IMG/VR virus record: IMGVR_UViG_3300037424_001012 | Location: 1 to 50,029 of that record | Origin: a virus | Taxonomy: Duplodnaviria; Caudoviricetes | DNA length: 50,029 nucleotides | Strand: one strand, 5' to 3' | In this document: in pieces, positions 47,539 through 50,029 of the stretch | Position numbering within the stretch: position 1 is the first letter of the stretch | Layout: each line of letters opens with the position of its first letter | Translations under genes and position numbers: made by a program | The notes under the pieces: model-generated | Database searches by the model: none | What the model saw: the letters and a program-made list of their open reading frames with translations, nothing else | What the model was told of the DNA's origin: nothing

Positions 47539-47790
47539 CTACTTCTTCTTCTTTTTTTTCATAGGAGTACTCTTCTTATAGAATACCCGCATATTGCAGT
47601 CATCCCCTGCTGCATGATAGAACCTGGAAAACCTCACCATTCCATGTCTCAACTTACATGCGTTAGCTGACCTCTGTAGTGTGCTGGCTATATTACTCCA
47701 GCTCTTACCTTGTGCTACTAATCTCTCCAATGTTTTGACTTCTTTTTTCATCCAGCCTGTGTTCTGGCGGGATAGTTTATCGCCTTTCAT
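47539..47790 (-). CDS. Myb/SANT-like HTH protein
   Basis: W..KE...L..L...GKSW..IA..L.RS..AC..R pattern; GGAGG RBS before the ATG at 47790. Confidence 0.65.
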   Translation of the reverse strand: MKGDKLSRQNTGWMKKEVKTLERLVAQGKSWSNIASTLQRSANACKLRHGMVRFSRFYHAAGDDCNMRVFYKKSTPMKKKKKK

Positions 47791-47821
47791 AACAACCTCC
47801 TGCCTGGAATTAAAGCTCTTT

Positions 47822-48088
47822 TTAATCAGCGTTAACGTAGCTGAGGAGAATACCTTCTCTGAGATCACGGTTTCCGCAGTTGTGTGACACATAGAATGTA
47901 TCGTCACTGAGATCCAGTTGGATCTGGATCTCGTACTCATCAAGCTTGTTGATCTCGGATTCATCGTTACCCCCACCAACTTGTGACCTCAAGAACTCCC
48001 TGACAAAATCTTTGGTGTCCTCAACATTTGTATCTGAGTCATCATACGTACTCTTGTTAAGATTGTACTTGAGATTTAAATGTAGCAT
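47822..48088 (-). CDS. hypothetical protein
   Basis: 88-aa ORF with GGAGG RBS. Confidence 0.65.
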   Translation of the reverse strand: MLHLNLKYNLNKSTYDDSDTNVEDTKDFVREFLRSQVGGGNDESEINKLDEYEIQIQLDLSDDTFYVSHNCGNRDLREGILLSYVNAD

Positions 48089-48103
48089 TTAATGTCCTCC
48101 GTT

Positions 48104-48412
48104 TTATTGCTTCTCAGAAGCGATTTCTTTTTCTTTCTTATACTGCTCCCTTGTCTTCCCGAAATGCTTCTCAGCACAAGCGGGACAAAACCAGAAGGAG
48201 CAATACAGACACTTGTAAGCATACATTAAGGGAGTTCTCCTCCCGCATTTCTTGTGCCCCTTACCACTGGTTCTGCCAGGGTGAGTACCTTGGCAGGTTA
48301 TGTACGCTGTATACTCGCCATTAACTACGGACTCTTCTCGCAGCTTATGTACTTCTCTGACTTGAACTTCGTACCTCTTGAGAACTGTCTCCAATGTCAC
48401 CTTATACCCCAT
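48104..48412 (-). CDS. Zn-finger protein
   Basis: CLYC...CPAC...H. Confidence 0.65.
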   Translation of the reverse strand: MGYKVTLETVLKRYEVQVREVHKLREESVVNGEYTAYITCQGTHPGRTSGKGHKKCGRRTPLMYAYKCLYCSFWFCPACAEKHFGKTREQYKKEKEIASEKQ

Positions 48413-48425
48413 GGTATCCTTTAAG

Positions 48426-48452
48426 CAAGCCCCTGCATTCCACAGGGGCTTG
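48426..48452. terminator. intergenic hairpin, possible terminator
   Basis: CAAGCCCCTG-N7-CAGGGGCTTG; weak U tracts. Confidence 0.45.
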
Positions 48453-48458
48453 TCTTTA

Positions 48459-48824
48459 TTACCAAGTGTTGAAGGTATCGTTACCCTCTTTGAGTTTTTC
48501 CTCCAGCACTATAATAGCTGCTGCTAGGAAGACTATAGCTCCCTTCAGCTCCTTTAGGGCGAAATCCGTATTTCTCATATTAACAGATTCCAGTATCTTC
48601 TTAGATGCCTGACCTAATGGAAACGCTAATCCAAGATCCCTAGTAAGCTGACATATAGGTTGTGACTCAAAAGACTTGTCGTTGGCATGGCGCTCTTTAC
48701 CTTTGCCGGTAGCAGCTTGATCGAAAGCACTCATTAAAGTCAGATACAAGCTTTTGTATTTCGGGTCGATCCCCTCGGTTATGTGCTGGCCCCCTACATC
48801 TGTAACTCTTACTTCTCTTTCCAT
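48459..48824 (-). CDS. phage hypothetical protein
   Basis: 121-aa ORF; QAATGKGKERHA...F..QP motif recalled from phage hypotheticals. Confidence 0.7.
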   Translation of the reverse strand: MEREVRVTDVGGQHITEGIDPKYKSLYLTLMSAFDQAATGKGKERHANDKSFESQPICQLTRDLGLAFPLGQASKKILESVNMRNTDFALKELKGAIVFLAAAIIVLEEKLKEGNDTFNTW

Positions 48825-49399
48825 ACCTTGACTCTCCTGTGGTTAATCATGAACTCGATGAACTCAGCTCCAAGATTAGGGTTACTGATTACAGCTCCTA
48901 CCTTGAGGGTCAGCTCTTCCCTGGCATTGACAGCTGATATGGGTATCTGAGTTTCTATATGAGGGGTATCGTAGGTTTCCAGGATTACCATTACATTCGC
49001 TTCATCCGGAAGATTCCTATTCTTCAACCCATTCCTCCAGATAACGAGCTGGCCTTTTTGCATCCTTGGGTCCATCTTTGCTGGCCCAAGATTCCTATAG
49101 AGCTGGCGAAGGATCTGGTAAACTGGAGTACCCCCTTCATCCTCATGCATCTCATCCATCTTTACCGCTTTGGAAAGCTTCTTCTTTACCCCGGCAGGAA
49201 CTTTCCTGTTCTGGAACCTACCTATTAATTCCTCCACCTCTTTACTTACTTTGGTATTTCCGGTGCTTTCTCCTGCATCCTGGTCGCCGACAACTCCTGT
49301 GTCAGCCTCAGAGTTTTCCGGAACTTTATCCTCCTCCACATTAGGGACAGGCCCCATATCCTCCATGTCCACAGGATTCTTTCTATCTTCTTTTTGCAT
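48809..49399 (-). CDS. hypothetical protein
   Basis: 196-aa ORF with GGAGG RBS. Confidence 0.7.
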   Translation of the reverse strand: MQKEDRKNPVDMEDMGPVPNVEEDKVPENSEADTGVVGDQDAGESTGNTKVSKEVEELIGRFQNRKVPAGVKKKLSKAVKMDEMHEDEGGTPVYQILRQLYRNLGPAKMDPRMQKGQLVIWRNGLKNRNLPDEANVMVILETYDTPHIETQIPISAVNAREELTLKVGAVISNPNLGAEFIEFMINHRRVKVWKEK

Positions 49400-49626
49400 A
49401 TGATAACCTCCGTATCTTTTTCGGTTTTCTCTGTATTGATAAGTAGAATGAGGTAGGAACGCATCTTGTTATCCAGCTCCTCTACCCCATTTAGTTTCTC
49501 TATATCCGCCCTTATTGAATTGAGAGAGGATTGATAAAGGCCCCTGATTAAAAAATCCTGTGTCAATCCCCAGGTATAATCTTTTCTCTCTACCAAATAC
49601 AGCTTTATAATAGGGTCCTTTATCAT
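49246..49626 (-). CDS. hypothetical protein
   Basis: ATGA overlap with the endonuclease stop; 3' part overlaps the next gene. Confidence 0.45.
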   Translation of the reverse strand: MIKDPIIKLYLVERKDYTWGLTQDFLIRGLYQSSLNSIRADIEKLNGVEELDNKMRSYLILLINTEKTEKDTEVIICKKKIERILWTWRIWGLSLMWRRIKFRKTLRLTQELSATRMQEKAPEIPK

Positions 49627-50027
49627 CTCTTCACTCTCTTAATCCTGGTTTTTGGGCTGTAGTAAGTAGGATCTATTCCTGAGTCCAGGAACAGATCCTC
49701 CAAAGCTTTGGTAAGATTTCCGCCCCTCGGTAGATCCGGAACTTTCTTCCTGGTGTTAACCTTGTGCCACTGCAACATCTTCAGGTAACTACTTTTAGTT
49801 ACCCTCATGGGCATAGGTCTTTCGTTAGGGTGAATGTAGGGGTAGGGTTCCTTTGCAAGGTAAGTGGAAATGTTTGCCAGTATAGAGGGGAGAGAGCTTA
49901 TCGGTATCTTGAACCTTCTACAGTAGTTCTCGATCTTACCAAGATAAGAATTGCACTCCCTACAGAGCACACCCCTTACTTTCCCTGACCCTCCTATTCT
50001 TTTAACATGCTCATGATCTAAACATGG
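49623..50027 (-). CDS. endonuclease VII-like (Holliday junction resolvase/HNH), 5'-truncated by the window
   Basis: Frame is open to the window end and reads PCLDHEH...GKVRGVLCRECNSYLGKIEN. Confidence 0.85.
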   Translation of the reverse strand, partial: PCLDHEHVKRIGGSGKVRGVLCRECNSYLGKIENYCRRFKIPISSLPSILANISTYLAKEPYPYIHPNERPMPMRVTKSSYLKMLQWHKVNTRKKVPDLPRGGNLTKALEDLFLDSGIDPTYYSPKTRIKRVKR

Positions 50028-50029
50028 TT

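Larger units (their letters stand above)
165..48124. repeat. dispersed 19-bp palindrome ATCGCTTCT(C/G)AGAAGCGAT, 25 copies
   Basis: Copies read by eye start at 165, 1633, 4481, 6901, 8094, 10045, 11516, 11828, 12703, 13317, 14628, 14991, 16355, 18837, 20964, 23298, 27890, 31972, 36180, 39452, 41186, 42574, 45500, 46311 (one core mismatch) and 48106. 24 have the exact core CTTCTSAGAAG. Confidence 0.97.

Noticed and set aside
165-48124. Palindrome as a CRISPR repeat, integron attC or REP/MITE
   Set aside because: Copies are hundreds to thousands of bases apart with no spacer periodicity. There are no GTTRRRY attC ends, and no cas, integrase or transposase gene is visible.
165-48124. Resemblance to the eukaryotic heat-shock element (TTC..GAA)
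   Set aside because: The spacing differs (TTC-N3-GAA) and the context is a bacteriophage with Shine-Dalgarno sites.
240-49988. Many opposite-strand or nested ORFs of 60-200 aa in the ORF track
   Set aside because: They are shadows of longer genes with RBSs and recognisable motifs, and they break the clear two-arm strand organisation.
1-50029. Integrated prophage, tRNA genes or a phage RNA polymerase
   Set aside because: No host genes, att site, integrase, cloverleaf or RNA polymerase motifs were recognised; they could lie outside the window.

Overview
The window is most of a dsDNA tailed phage genome with podovirus-like architecture, apparently circularly permuted. A minus-strand early/replication arm (1-14.6 kb, resuming at 45.5-50 kb) holds a T7 gp4-like primase-helicase, a MoxR/CobS-type AAA+ ATPase with its vWA partner, endonuclease VII, ASCH- and HD-like proteins and many small hypothetical genes. 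A plus-strand virion arm (15.1-45.4 kb) holds terminase, portal, scaffold, major capsid, adaptor/nozzle, tail-collar protein, holin, an M15 endolysin, ejection proteins and a 2615-aa internal protein. The arms converge at a bidirectional terminator near 45.45 kb. The most striking unexplained signal is a 19-bp palindrome, consensus ATCGCTTCT(C/G)AGAAGCGAT, found by eye at 25 places across the whole window. It occurs between genes and inside genes in two reading frames, which points to a genome-wide protein-binding-site system (operator/stoperator- or KorB/parS-like). Other observations: a candidate antisense-oriented sRNA with a near-consensus sigma70 promoter and UUCG terminator, two early genes frameshifted by 11-bp tandem amplifications, a filled/empty gene-cassette pair anchored on the palindrome, and three signal-peptide-like proteins in the tail module. 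All protein calls come from motif recognition and synteny only; no database searches were run.
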